This document shows positions 1 through 8,701 of a DNA stretch of 32,347 nucleotides, in pieces. The notes below the pieces were generated by a model. That model was not told where the DNA came from and did not search any database. It worked only from the letters and a program-made list of their open reading frames with translations. This stretch comes from Saprospiraceae bacterium (lineage in GTDB: Bacteria > Bacteroidota > Bacteroidia > Chitinophagales > Saprospiraceae). The stretch is from contig JAYVVO010000256.1 in the NCBI GenBank assembly GCA_043786955.1, positions 1-32,347 of the forward strand, in the 5' to 3' direction. The position numbers and the translations under genes were made by a program. Each line of letters begins with the position of its first letter. Position 1 is the first letter of the stretch.

Positions 1-87
1 TAAACGAAAATGAGATTTCGAATGTGTCCGAAACCCTAAATTTAAAGCTTGGTTTTCTTCTTCAGAAAGTCTTTTTACTTTTACCAT
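1..87 (-). CDS. Partial ORF running off the left edge (29 codons, ATG at 85..87 on minus strand): MVKVKRLSEEENQALNLGFRTHSKSHFRL... Resembles the N-terminal helix-turn-helix segment of IS630-family transposases.
   Basis: Hand translation of the reverse complement of 1..87 is open and starts with ATG. The pattern L-S-EEE..L......S.HFR.R recalls IS630-type N-termini. Too short to be sure. Confidence 0.3.
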   Translation of the reverse strand, partial: MVKVKRLSEEENQALNLGFRTHSKSHFRL

Positions 88-167
88 CGTCAAAGATAAC
101 AAAAATAAAAAAAGTCTATTATTTATTGCCGATTACTTAAGTGATACGTGTGTTTTTTACTTTTCAC

Positions 168-575
168 TTATCTGAAAATATTTCTGAACATCGCACCGCT
201 CGCAGTTGCAAAACCGCCGACTAATCCACCAATCAAACCAGAAACGCAACTCAAGTATGTTGCACTCACTGCACCGCCGAGCAAATTAGAAATATTACCC
301 GCCATTAAATTATTATTACTAGCAGACTGAACAGCTGCATAAATCGCCCATAAAATTGAAAAAGCTATAAAACCCAAAGCAAAACCACCGACCCATGTTT
401 TAGAGAAAATAACACCCCCGATAAATCCGATGATTGCAAGAGACCACCAAGGAAAAAATGATTGAGCAGCATAGCCTGCAATGAGAAGGAACAAACAACC
501 AACGCCTAAGTTTTTTATGTTATCCATCGTGGAAGGCTTTAGTGTGACTTCTGTTTTTATAGTTGTATCTAACAT
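168..575 (-). CDS. Small integral membrane protein, unknown function
   Basis: ORF track. Several G/A/I/L/F-rich hydrophobic segments (GVGCLFLLIAGYAAQSFFPWWSLAIIGFIGGVIF..., GGFALGFIAFSILWAIYAAV...). An alternative start exists at the second Met (nt 527). Confidence 0.6.
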   Translation of the reverse strand: MLDTTIKTEVTLKPSTMDNIKNLGVGCLFLLIAGYAAQSFFPWWSLAIIGFIGGVIFSKTWVGGFALGFIAFSILWAIYAAVQSASNNNLMAGNISNLLGGAVSATYLSCVSGLIGGLVGGFATASGAMFRNIFR

Positions 576-620
576 TGAATCGAATTTAATAAAATTAAAC
601 GTTTAATTCTCGCGAAAAGA

Positions 621-645
621 AGCTCAAAGCTCAAAGCTCATAGCT
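621..645. repeat. Heptamer-phased array AGCTCAA AGCTCAA AGCTCAT AGCT (GCTCAAAGCT family) overlapping the acylase stop codon (638..640)
   Basis: Read directly. A perfect 16-bp palindrome AATTAAACGTTTAATT lies next to it at 593..608. Confidence 0.85.
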
Positions 646-3220
646 TACTTATAGTTTGCGTTGAAATAATACGCTTGTTTGCTTCAGTAGGATTCCGTAA
701 ATAAATAGCTTCATAATATTGTCCTTTCGTCCAAGTATCAACGAAAGCATCAAAGTTTTTACTGCCCGGATTTCCCGATTGTCCACCGGGATAAACGACC
801 CAAGCGTGTGGAACACTATCCAGTTCAACAATCATTCGCCAAGAAGGTCCATGATTTTTTTTAATGGCATTTACACTTTTTGCTTGTCCACCGACATCAA
901 TATGTTTTCTGCCGAATCCTGGAATGTTGGCAATGTGTGGAATCTCTGTATCTTTTACTTTCGACCAATTAACAGCAGGTGCATTCGGATAAGCAGTTGC
1001 AACATCCGAAGTTTTTTTTGCCATATCAGTCATCATATCGTGGAAAGCAGACGTAACAATATCGCGCGCATTTTCAATTTTGTTGGTTGTAGCCACAATA
1101 TCGAAATATTTATTGTTGGGCTCTTCGCGCAACATATTGGCAGTGCGCCATTGTGTTGGATTTAAAGTGTAATCGGCATTTTTACTTTTTAAAATTTCAT
1201 CCCACGTAGCAGTGTGAACGGCTTCGAACCAACTCATAAAATATGCTGGTTCAATTTTATCGCCATCGAAATAATAATTCCAATTTTTGAGTTGCGCAAG
1301 AATACCTTTTTCTGTGGCATTTAATTGGGTTTCATCTAAATTTTTAAACATGGCAGGCAGTGATTCCTTAGCGAGCAAACTAAAATTATCGTTTTGTAGA
1401 CCTTTCATATCATCAATCGTGATGTCTTTCATTTTAGAAAGCGTATCGTTAATAATTCTTCCTCTGAAGGGTTCAAAACCTTCTGAATTATAATAATACG
1501 GATAAGAAGGATCGGTGCTGTGCTGATTAGCGGACGAAACAAACCCGCGCGCAGGATTTTTGTACTGCGGTATTTGATCGCGTGGGACAAAACCTTGCCA
1601 ATTGTTTGAACTTAACGAACCGTCTTGTACAAAACGACCTTGCTCTTTTCTTTTTATCGGCATCGAGCCGTTCGCAATGAGTGCGATATCGCCGTTGTTG
1701 CAAGCGAACGCAATATTTTGCGCAGGCACGTTCATGTTAGCGAGTGCTTTTCTGTAATCGTCGTAATTTTTTGATTTATTTAAGCCAGCTAAGAAAGTTA
1801 AATCAATTTCAGGTTTTTCATTGGCGAGCCATTTGTAAGCTAAATCATTATTGTTCGTCGTGTCGCCAAAATAAACAACGGGTCCCCAAAACGTATAACG
1901 CACCGTATCAATCAACGGCTGTGCTTGCCCTTTAATGTAAATTTTTTCTTGAACCAATTGTGCCGTTTTGGTCGCGCCATCTAAAGTGTATTGCGTTTTC
2001 TGCGCGTCTGTCCAAGCAATTTTATACCAGTCCGCAACATCGTGACCAACGTTTGTCATCGTCCATGCGCAATTGTTATTAAAACCAATGAGTACCATAG
2101 GAATACCCGGAAGTGTTACGCCATACGTATTCATATCAGGTGTAATAATTTGTTGTTCAAACCAAACCGAAGGCAAGCGAAGCGATAAATGCGGATCGCC
2201 ACAAAGTATAGGTTTTTTATTTTTTGTCTTCGAAGCAGCTACTGCCCAATTGTTACTGCCATTGTTTTCATCGGGCGAAAACTGGTCGTAAGCGTTTAAT
2301 TCTTTCGGCGTGATGTATTGTTGTAGAGACGTTGCATGCAACGTCTCATTCGTTTTGTTATTAGACGTTTTGTTATTAGACGTTGTGTTATTAGTCGTTG
2401 TGTTAGACGTTGTGTTGTTAGACATTGTGTTAGACGTTGCATGCAACGTCTCTACTGTTTTAAAATTAAAGGGCGTTCCACTCGGTACGACGGGTGATTG
2501 CTCTTTAAAATATTCAGGAAAAATAGCATCGAAATCGCTACCCAGCAAAGTTTTAGCATTTGTAGCAGCAAAGTCGTTGTCGGTGCGCGCTAAATCGAGC
2601 GATAAATATTTTGAAACTAACGCAATTTTTAACGAGGAAAATAACTCAGGCTTCACGCCCAAAATTTTATATTCGACAGGATAATCTTTAGTTTGAAGCG
2701 AACCGATGTAAGCGTTTGCGCCATTACAATAAGCATTGAGTAGTTCGAAATTGGCTTTATCTTTTTGCCAATATTCTACCAAACGTTCTGCTGCGTGCGA
2801 AACGCCCATTCTGCGCATTCTCTTATCCACTTCAATGGTACTTGATTTGCCAATTTTTTGATCTCCTAAAATTTCCGAAAGTCTGCCTGCTGAAACGTGC
2901 GACAAAAAATCCATTTCCCACAATCTATTTTGTGCATGAATGTAACCTTGTGCAAACAGAGCATCGGTCATATTTTCTGCAAAAATGTGTGGAATATCTC
3001 TATCATCGTAAACTACTTTCACTGGTTTTGAAACGCCTGAAAGCTGTAAATCGCTTTTAATTGTTTTTACAGATTCGGCATTGTGCCAAAAACCATCGAA
3101 TGGACTGAAAAATATGCCGAGCGCGGGTAAAGTTTGTCCTTTGACTGACAGTGGATTATCTAATGTGCGCACCAATAAAAAAGTTACTAAAGCACTTAGG
3201 GCAAAGTAAATATAACGCAT
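638..3220 (-). CDS. Penicillin acylase family protein (Ntn hydrolase, peptidase S45; penicillin amidase / acyl-homoserine-lactone acylase-like)
   Basis: 860 aa with an N-terminal hydrophobic signal/anchor. Nucleophile junction motif ENNGSNNWAV is followed by CGDPHLSL. Family-typical size and alpha-spacer-beta layout. Confidence 0.9.
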   Translation of the reverse strand: MRYIYFALSALVTFLLVRTLDNPLSVKGQTLPALGIFFSPFDGFWHNAESVKTIKSDLQLSGVSKPVKVVYDDRDIPHIFAENMTDALFAQGYIHAQNRLWEMDFLSHVSAGRLSEILGDQKIGKSSTIEVDKRMRRMGVSHAAERLVEYWQKDKANFELLNAYCNGANAYIGSLQTKDYPVEYKILGVKPELFSSLKIALVSKYLSLDLARTDNDFAATNAKTLLGSDFDAIFPEYFKEQSPVVPSGTPFNFKTVETLHATSNTMSNNTTSNTTTNNTTSNNKTSNNKTNETLHATSLQQYITPKELNAYDQFSPDENNGSNNWAVAASKTKNKKPILCGDPHLSLRLPSVWFEQQIITPDMNTYGVTLPGIPMVLIGFNNNCAWTMTNVGHDVADWYKIAWTDAQKTQYTLDGATKTAQLVQEKIYIKGQAQPLIDTVRYTFWGPVVYFGDTTNNNDLAYKWLANEKPEIDLTFLAGLNKSKNYDDYRKALANMNVPAQNIAFACNNGDIALIANGSMPIKRKEQGRFVQDGSLSSNNWQGFVPRDQIPQYKNPARGFVSSANQHSTDPSYPYYYNSEGFEPFRGRIINDTLSKMKDITIDDMKGLQNDNFSLLAKESLPAMFKNLDETQLNATEKGILAQLKNWNYYFDGDKIEPAYFMSWFEAVHTATWDEILKSKNADYTLNPTQWRTANMLREEPNNKYFDIVATTNKIENARDIVTSAFHDMMTDMAKKTSDVATAYPNAPAVNWSKVKDTEIPHIANIPGFGRKHIDVGGQAKSVNAIKKNHGPSWRMIVELDSVPHAWVVYPGGQSGNPGSKNFDAFVDTWTKGQYYEAIYLRNPTEANKRIISTQTISKL
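2326..2452. repeat. In-frame insert inside the acylase gene: a palindrome-containing 21-bp direct repeat flanking degenerate 12/15-bp tandem units
   Basis: GAGACGTTGCATGCAACGTCTC at 2326..2347 is a perfect 22-bp palindrome. AGACGTTGCATGCAACGTCTC recurs at 2432..2452. Both copies encode ETLHATS. Between them lie repeats of the type TTGTTATTAGACGTT / GTGTTAGACGTT, encoding N/T/S/K-rich low-complexity sequence. Confidence 0.85.
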
Positions 3221-3347
3221 AGCTTGTTTTTCTTAGAAAAATTTGATCAATATTGACGCGAAAGTAAATAATTATCTGAAAAGAACTGTGTTTGAACAAA
3301 ATATTTTTTTTAAATAGTTATTAGCATTTTAAATTCGGATATCACAG

Positions 3348-3505
3348 AACTTGTTTTAATTTATTTCTTTTCGCTACAAACGGCTATTTTTAAATCATAC
3401 TTCTTTGGTTCATTTCGTCCGTAGCGGTGCTACGAATTTATAAACCAAATCGTTTGATTCAAAAATAACTCGGTTTCGCATGAAAACAAAAAGTTAAAAC
3501 AAGTT
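3348..3505. repeat. About 158-bp imperfect palindromic intergenic element (MITE-like or structured RNA)
   Basis: Perfect 12-bp terminal inverted repeat AACTTGTTTTAA (3348..3359) / TTAAAACAAGTT (3494..3505). Central hairpin CGTAGC-GGT-GCTACG at 3420..3434. Several internal complementary blocks, e.g. TTTGGTT (3404..3410) with AACCAAA (3443..3449). Confidence 0.5.
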
Positions 3506-3780
3506 TACAAAGTAAATAAAAGCTCGAATAGTTTTATTTTAATTTTAACACAGTTAGGGTTAAAAATTTTGTTTCTGTTAAATTTTGAGCGTGAATAGGT
3601 CATTTAACAAATATTTTAAAAAATATTTAACTATTTATTATTTCAAAAAAACCAATCATCATACCACTTTCGTAAATCTATTTTAGAAATGAAAGGAGGT
3701 ATCAAACAACAAACGCCACGACATTTCTGAAAAACTTAATATCCAGTTCACCCTTATTATTAATTTTATAATTTAACACA

Positions 3781-5919
3781 ATGACAAAGTTCACTCAGAC
3801 TTTTCTGAAAGTAGGTTTTGTTGCGCTCATTATGAGTACGATTGCCTATTTTGGTATCGAAACTCGTTATCTCGAGGCATCAAGTCACCGCGAAGCACCG
3901 ATGATTGCCAATGACCCACTCGCCGACAACACCGACGTGTATGCTTTCAGAAGCCCCGACGCACCGAACACAGTAACAATTATTGCCGATTACATTGGTT
4001 TGGAATTACCCCAAGGTGGACCCAACTATGCGACTTTTGGTGAAGACATCCGCTATGAAATTCACGTTAAAACAAATCCGCTTTCTTTTGGTGACGATGT
4101 ATTGTATCGTTTCACTTTTAAAAGAACTAACGAAGATCCGTCAACGTTTTTCAATATTCGTTTGGGAAAACAGAATTTGAAAGCGACTTACAAATGCGAA
4201 CGTCGTTTTGGTAACGATGGACAGTTTGTCACTATTTACGACAATGGTCCAGTGACTCCGCCAAATATCGGGCCGCGCTCAATTGACAATGCGACAGTAG
4301 GTTTGGGTAAACCTTATTCACAAATTATGCAAGAAGCCGTCGTGACTTCTAACACAGGAACTAATGAAAAAATATTCTGTGGACAAGTTGATGATCCATT
4401 TTTTGTTGACTTAGGCGGTATTTTCGATCTCGGTAATATTCGTCCAGGCAGCGCACGCGATGGTGTAGGTTGTTTAAACGTTCACGCTATTGCACTTCAA
4501 ATACCTATTAATTTGCTTCAAAAAGATTTACGCAGCATCAGCACTGCTAAAAACATTCTTGATGGCGATTTTATTATTGGTGTTTGGGCGTCAGCAAGTC
4601 GTCCACGCATTACAACTTTATCTGACAATGGTGCAAAATCTGTTGTTTCTGGCGATTGGGTACAAGTTTCGCGCCTCGGTATGCCGTTAACAAACGAAGC
4701 TGTTATTCCAATTGGTGCTAAAGATATGTGGAACTCGAGCACTCCGTATGCTGGTGAAGCAAAATTCGAAAAATACCTGGAAAATCCAGAACTTGCACTT
4801 TACATGGATGACCGTTTATTCGGAACAGCTGTACCAGGTTTTGCAAAATTGCGCATTCAAACCAAATCGCAAACCGTTTTGGGTAATGTTGACTTTGGAA
4901 ATACGCGCGATGGTCTTTATGTCATTAAAGGAAACCCTGCATTAGCAGGTACAGCTTTAGATGATGCTGTTTTTGGAAATTATTTGCTTAGAAAAGGCGC
5001 GCCGCGTTCCGTGGATTTAGTGCCGATTTTCCACGCAGGTGTTCCGAATATTGCGCCGTATCAATTAGCAACAGGAAAAACAGATGGTAATCCGTTAACA
5101 GCTGGTAAACCGTTTATCAATAACTTTTTGCCGTCTTGGTCGCTCATTCCAAACGATATTCGTTTCGGTGACATGTTGCGTTTAAATATGGCTGTGCCAC
5201 CAACGTCGCGCACAAGTGCTGCATTTAGTAGTGAAGGTTTATTGGCTGCAGCCGTTGCTGGTTTAACCGACACAAACTATAACAAATCGAAGGCGCTACA
5301 GCTTATTCCGAACATGGATGGTTTTCCGAATGGTCGCCGTCTTGAAGATGACGTTACACGTATTGAGTTACAAGCTGTTGGTGGAGTAGTTTTAGCAGCT
5401 GTTGGTTTATGGTACGATGATCGTCCGTTGGGTAAATCGCCACTTACGCCGCAACTCATCAATAATTTGACATTCACAACGGGTGTTGAAAAAAATGATA
5501 AGGCGTTTGCATCAACATTTCCGTATTTAGCAATACCACATTCTGGTTTCGGACCTTGTGGTGGAGTTCCTGCTGGGACAATTTATGCTGGAAATGATTT
5601 CGGTATGACAGACCCTACGGTTTTGAAACAACGTAGCAAATTAGGCATTGGTACAAATGCTGCTGTTTTATCCGCAGGATTAAATCCTTTTAAAGATGAA
5701 ACAATTTTGAATTACCACATTGCTGAAGATGCGCACGTTTCTGTTTTAATTTCTGACATCACGGGTAAGTTGGTAAAAGTTTTAGAAGACTCAGACCGCC
5801 AAGCTGGTAACTACGAACTTAAATGGAATGCTGCGAATACGTCGCAAGGTTTATACATTGCACGCATTTTAATTAATGGCGAAACGATTCAATCGGTTAA
5901 GTTGAATCACGTGAATTAA
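3781..5919 (+). CDS. DUF4331 domain protein with a C-terminal T9SS type-A sorting domain (secreted or cell-surface)
   Basis: N-terminal anchor then the DUF4331-typical SSHREAPMIANDPLADNTDVYAF motif. The last ~78 aa (NPFKDETILNYHI...GLYIARILINGETIQSVKL) match the Por secretion tail pattern. Confidence 0.85.
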   Translation: MTKFTQTFLKVGFVALIMSTIAYFGIETRYLEASSHREAPMIANDPLADNTDVYAFRSPDAPNTVTIIADYIGLELPQGGPNYATFGEDIRYEIHVKTNPLSFGDDVLYRFTFKRTNEDPSTFFNIRLGKQNLKATYKCERRFGNDGQFVTIYDNGPVTPPNIGPRSIDNATVGLGKPYSQIMQEAVVTSNTGTNEKIFCGQVDDPFFVDLGGIFDLGNIRPGSARDGVGCLNVHAIALQIPINLLQKDLRSISTAKNILDGDFIIGVWASASRPRITTLSDNGAKSVVSGDWVQVSRLGMPLTNEAVIPIGAKDMWNSSTPYAGEAKFEKYLENPELALYMDDRLFGTAVPGFAKLRIQTKSQTVLGNVDFGNTRDGLYVIKGNPALAGTALDDAVFGNYLLRKGAPRSVDLVPIFHAGVPNIAPYQLATGKTDGNPLTAGKPFINNFLPSWSLIPNDIRFGDMLRLNMAVPPTSRTSAAFSSEGLLAAAVAGLTDTNYNKSKALQLIPNMDGFPNGRRLEDDVTRIELQAVGGVVLAAVGLWYDDRPLGKSPLTPQLINNLTFTTGVEKNDKAFASTFPYLAIPHSGFGPCGGVPAGTIYAGNDFGMTDPTVLKQRSKLGIGTNAAVLSAGLNPFKDETILNYHIAEDAHVSVLISDITGKLVKVLEDSDRQAGNYELKWNAANTSQGLYIARILINGETIQSVKLNHVN

Positions 5920-5988
5920 GAACAAATAACTAACAGTATTTTTCATGCTTAATTAAACATCTCAAATTTTCTGTCATGGAATTTTTGG

Positions 5989-6030
5989 GATGTTTTTTTT
6001 ATGATGTTTTTTTTATGATGTTTTTTTTAT
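5989..6030. repeat. Three perfect tandem copies of the 14-bp unit GATGTTTTTTTTAT between convergent genes
   Basis: Copies at 5989..6002, 6003..6016 and 6017..6030. The last copy contains the stop codon (6027..6029) of the minus-strand PLD gene. Confidence 0.9.
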
Positions 6031-8261
6031 TTGGCAACAACAAACGCTTTCGTCAAAACACTTTTACCCGATGTGATGCGTACATAATATTGACCGTTAT
6101 TGAAATTAGAAACATTCAAATCGCGTGTAGTATTACCGAATGCTTTATTCAAAATAAAACTCGAAATATTTTGTCCTATGCCGTTGTAAACAGAAATCAC
6201 CAATTCATCGGCAACGTTATTCTCGACACTCAATTTTATAAAATTATCGGTTGGATTCGGTGTTATATCAAATTTTAATCCTTCAGAGATTTGGTTACTG
6301 GTATTTAGAATAAAACCTGTCGCTTCTTTCCAACGTTGTTCAAATTCTTGAAGATAAATATTGGCGATGGTTAAATCGTGTACAATCACAACGTTTTCAT
6401 CGTTAAAGTTTTCGCCATTTCCCGACCAATTATACGAGCCTGTAATTAATTTGGGATCTAAATTCACATCGTTGTTGATGGCATCAATGATACAAGTTTT
6501 ATGGTGAAACTGAACGCCTTTCACCCAGATTTTCACTTGTACGCCATTATTTGACATGAGCAGCGTTTTTGAAGATGAAGAAGACGTGTCTAACCCATCA
6601 ACAATGCCGCGCATTTTTAATTTGCGTTTCGACGCGTTAATCATAGCAGTGCTTAAATCGACAGAAGTGAAAACCAAGTTTTCAAACTGAATATCTTTTG
6701 TAGCACTGTCAATATTTTTAATTAAAGCAGAAGCAGCATTATCGGAAGGTGAGAAATAAACTTCAACTAATTTGCCGTTTATGCTAACGGCATGCGGCGT
6801 ATTGTTGGCTTTGTCCGTAGAAAATTTACTCGCTGTGCGATTGTAGTTTGCAGTGTTTCCACCCCACATTTCTTCAAATTCAACGGTATAAACTTTTCCA
6901 AGCGATTGATCTTGAATCAATAAAGCGTTGTTGTAATCCGTATTAATTTGCTGAATCGACCAATTCATCGCACCCGTATATACCCAACATTTATCTGTAA
7001 CATCCGCATCAATCACAAAAAACTTATTGTGCATTAAATTTGTGCTGTAACTGCGTTGGAATTTAAAACCTAATTGCGAAGTATCGCCGAAAGCAGAAAT
7101 TGAAGTCGCATTATCCGTTACATAACGCACACGCACACCGCGTTTGGCAGCATTTTTTAAGGCGTTAATAATCACAGTGTCGCCGTTGGAATAAAAAGCT
7201 AAATCAATTGTTTTTGTTGCAGCGTTAATTAAACCCACATAAGCTGTTTCGCACGCATTTCCGTCGGTTGCTAAAGGTTTATTGCCATTTTTTGCAACCG
7301 TCGCATCAACCGAATGATTAAAATAAACGCGCATTTCGCCACTCGAAAGCGATGAGGTGATGACAGAGAAAATATTGGAAGTCGAAGTGATGCCGTTAGC
7401 TGCCGAACTGACTTGTACGTAATAAATAGTTGCAGGCGTTAAACTTGTCAACGAAATTGAATGATTTAATCCTAAAGTTGTGCTGTCAACACTGCTTGTT
7501 AAATTTGTCGGCGATGCGCCATAAATAAGTGAAGTTGTGCCAGAAGCCGTTGTCAACCAATTTATGGATAGTGATGTTGATTTGATATTACTAACAGTCG
7601 GCTGCTGCGTTATAATTGTCGGATAGTTGAGCAAATCGGCACTATCACGCGGCAATATTTGATACGTTGTGTTGAAAATAGAATTAATGCCTACTAAATC
7701 GAGCGAACCCGTCGGAATATTTTTCGCGATTAACGCGCTGCCATTATTAACGCGTGCTTGTACTTTCAATGCGCCAAAACTTAAATTATAATTTGTGCCG
7801 CCGCCAAAATTAAGTTTTCCATCCGTGAACTTGCCGTTATTAATGCGCACGAGTTGAGAGCTAAAATTGGGTAATTGGTCAGGCGTTATTGTAACGGGTT
7901 TTACTGCATTATCCGATGAAATGAGTTTGAAACTTTGCAGAGGATCAATTTCTAAAAGCGCGTTATAACTTTTTAATTTGCCTGTTGCTTCAACGGAATC
8001 GCCGCGCTTTATTTTTGCAAAATCTGGATTAGCCGCTATTGTGTAAAACACCGCCAAACCACCTGTTCCATCTTGCATGTATCTGATAGTAGTACCAAGT
8101 TCAGAACCATTAATTGCTACGCCGCGCACTGTCACTACTGTTGACGTATCCTTGAGTTTTAAGTCGCCAATTTTTACAATTGTTTGCGCATTTAATGCGT
8201 TTAAAACAAAAAATAATGCAAAGGCTAAAAAATAATTTAAATTACAATAATTTAATTTCAT
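6027..8261 (-). CDS. Secreted phospholipase D superfamily enzyme (two HKD motifs; nuclease or phospholipase) with N-terminal OB-like and fibronectin-III-like modules and a T9SS type-A sorting domain
   Basis: Signal peptide. HKD motifs are HNKFFVIDADV...GAMNWS and HHKTCIIDAINND...GSYNWS. FN3-like segment PTVSNIKSTSLSINW...ATIYYVQVSS. C-terminal ITPNPTDNFIKLSV...GQYYVRITSGKSVLTKAFVV. Confidence 0.85.
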   Translation of the reverse strand: MKLNYCNLNYFLAFALFFVLNALNAQTIVKIGDLKLKDTSTVVTVRGVAINGSELGTTIRYMQDGTGGLAVFYTIAANPDFAKIKRGDSVEATGKLKSYNALLEIDPLQSFKLISSDNAVKPVTITPDQLPNFSSQLVRINNGKFTDGKLNFGGGTNYNLSFGALKVQARVNNGSALIAKNIPTGSLDLVGINSIFNTTYQILPRDSADLLNYPTIITQQPTVSNIKSTSLSINWLTTASGTTSLIYGASPTNLTSSVDSTTLGLNHSISLTSLTPATIYYVQVSSAANGITSTSNIFSVITSSLSSGEMRVYFNHSVDATVAKNGNKPLATDGNACETAYVGLINAATKTIDLAFYSNGDTVIINALKNAAKRGVRVRYVTDNATSISAFGDTSQLGFKFQRSYSTNLMHNKFFVIDADVTDKCWVYTGAMNWSIQQINTDYNNALLIQDQSLGKVYTVEFEEMWGGNTANYNRTASKFSTDKANNTPHAVSINGKLVEVYFSPSDNAASALIKNIDSATKDIQFENLVFTSVDLSTAMINASKRKLKMRGIVDGLDTSSSSSKTLLMSNNGVQVKIWVKGVQFHHKTCIIDAINNDVNLDPKLITGSYNWSGNGENFNDENVVIVHDLTIANIYLQEFEQRWKEATGFILNTSNQISEGLKFDITPNPTDNFIKLSVENNVADELVISVYNGIGQNISSFILNKAFGNTTRDLNVSNFNNGQYYVRITSGKSVLTKAFVVAK

Positions 8262-8344
8262 CTGTACAGTTTTTTTTATTTTTAATTGAACACAAAGAAA
8301 CTCATTGGAAGTTAAAACCTAAGGTTTTTTCTATTAAATTAACA

Positions 8345-8612
8345 TGAACTCGGACTTGTAAGTAATCGCTATTAAATAAACGACTGTTTAAAATTTATGA
8401 AAAACGTTTTTTATGTCACGGATTTTCGGAAATTATAGTTTTAGGGAAGCGAAGCCGACCTAAAACTATAATTTCCGACAGTTCTGCGAGGCTCAATACC
8501 GAGTAAAACTGAATGATAAAAGTGATCATTAAATAATGCTGTTTAGTTATTTATAACAATCAATGCTTTAAAGAAATTTTTTACAGTTTTTATTTTTTTA
8601 AGTCCGAGTTCA
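8345..8612. repeat. 268-bp MITE-like palindromic element with 13-bp terminal inverted repeats and a perfect 20-bp central stem
   Basis: TIRs TGAACTCGGACTT (8345..8357) / AAGTCCGAGTTCA (8600..8612). Central hairpin arms 8426..8445 and 8459..8478 (TCGGAAATTATAGTTTTAGG / CCTAAAACTATAATTTCCGA) with a 13-nt loop. Confidence 0.5.
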
Positions 8613-8701
8613 CTTTAGTTTAGTAAATTTTGATGAAAAAACTGTAACAATCGTTTTAATAAAAAGAATAAAACCAGTAAGCCCAAACTTTTACTGCCGT
8701 T

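Noticed and set aside
148-330. Short ORFs opposite annotated genes (148..330, 719..1165, 2310..2684, 8718..8963, 23079..23384, 23619..23960, 26500..26805, 27749..28087, 31220..31543 and others)
   Set aside because: Each is contained within a longer ORF on the other strand that has clear family motifs. None has recognisable features.
2326-2347. The palindrome GAGACGTTGCATGCAACGTCTC contains outward-facing CGTCTC (BsmBI/Esp3I-type) sites around GCATGC (SphI-type), suggesting a cloning scar
   Set aside because: It occurs twice in frame within a natural-looking gene, encodes the same heptapeptide each time, and is surrounded by native tandem repeats. I saw no vector-like sequence elsewhere, so coincidence is far more likely.
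3691-3735. Shine-Dalgarno-like AAGGAGG overlapping a 13-codon mini-ORF (MKGGIKQQTPRHF) upstream of the DUF4331 gene
   Set aside because: The ATG at 3689 begins just before AAGGAGG, so the motif lies inside the mini-ORF rather than upstream of it. The ORF is very short with no conservation evidence available, and Bacteroidota rely little on SD pairing. It cannot be supported from sequence alone.
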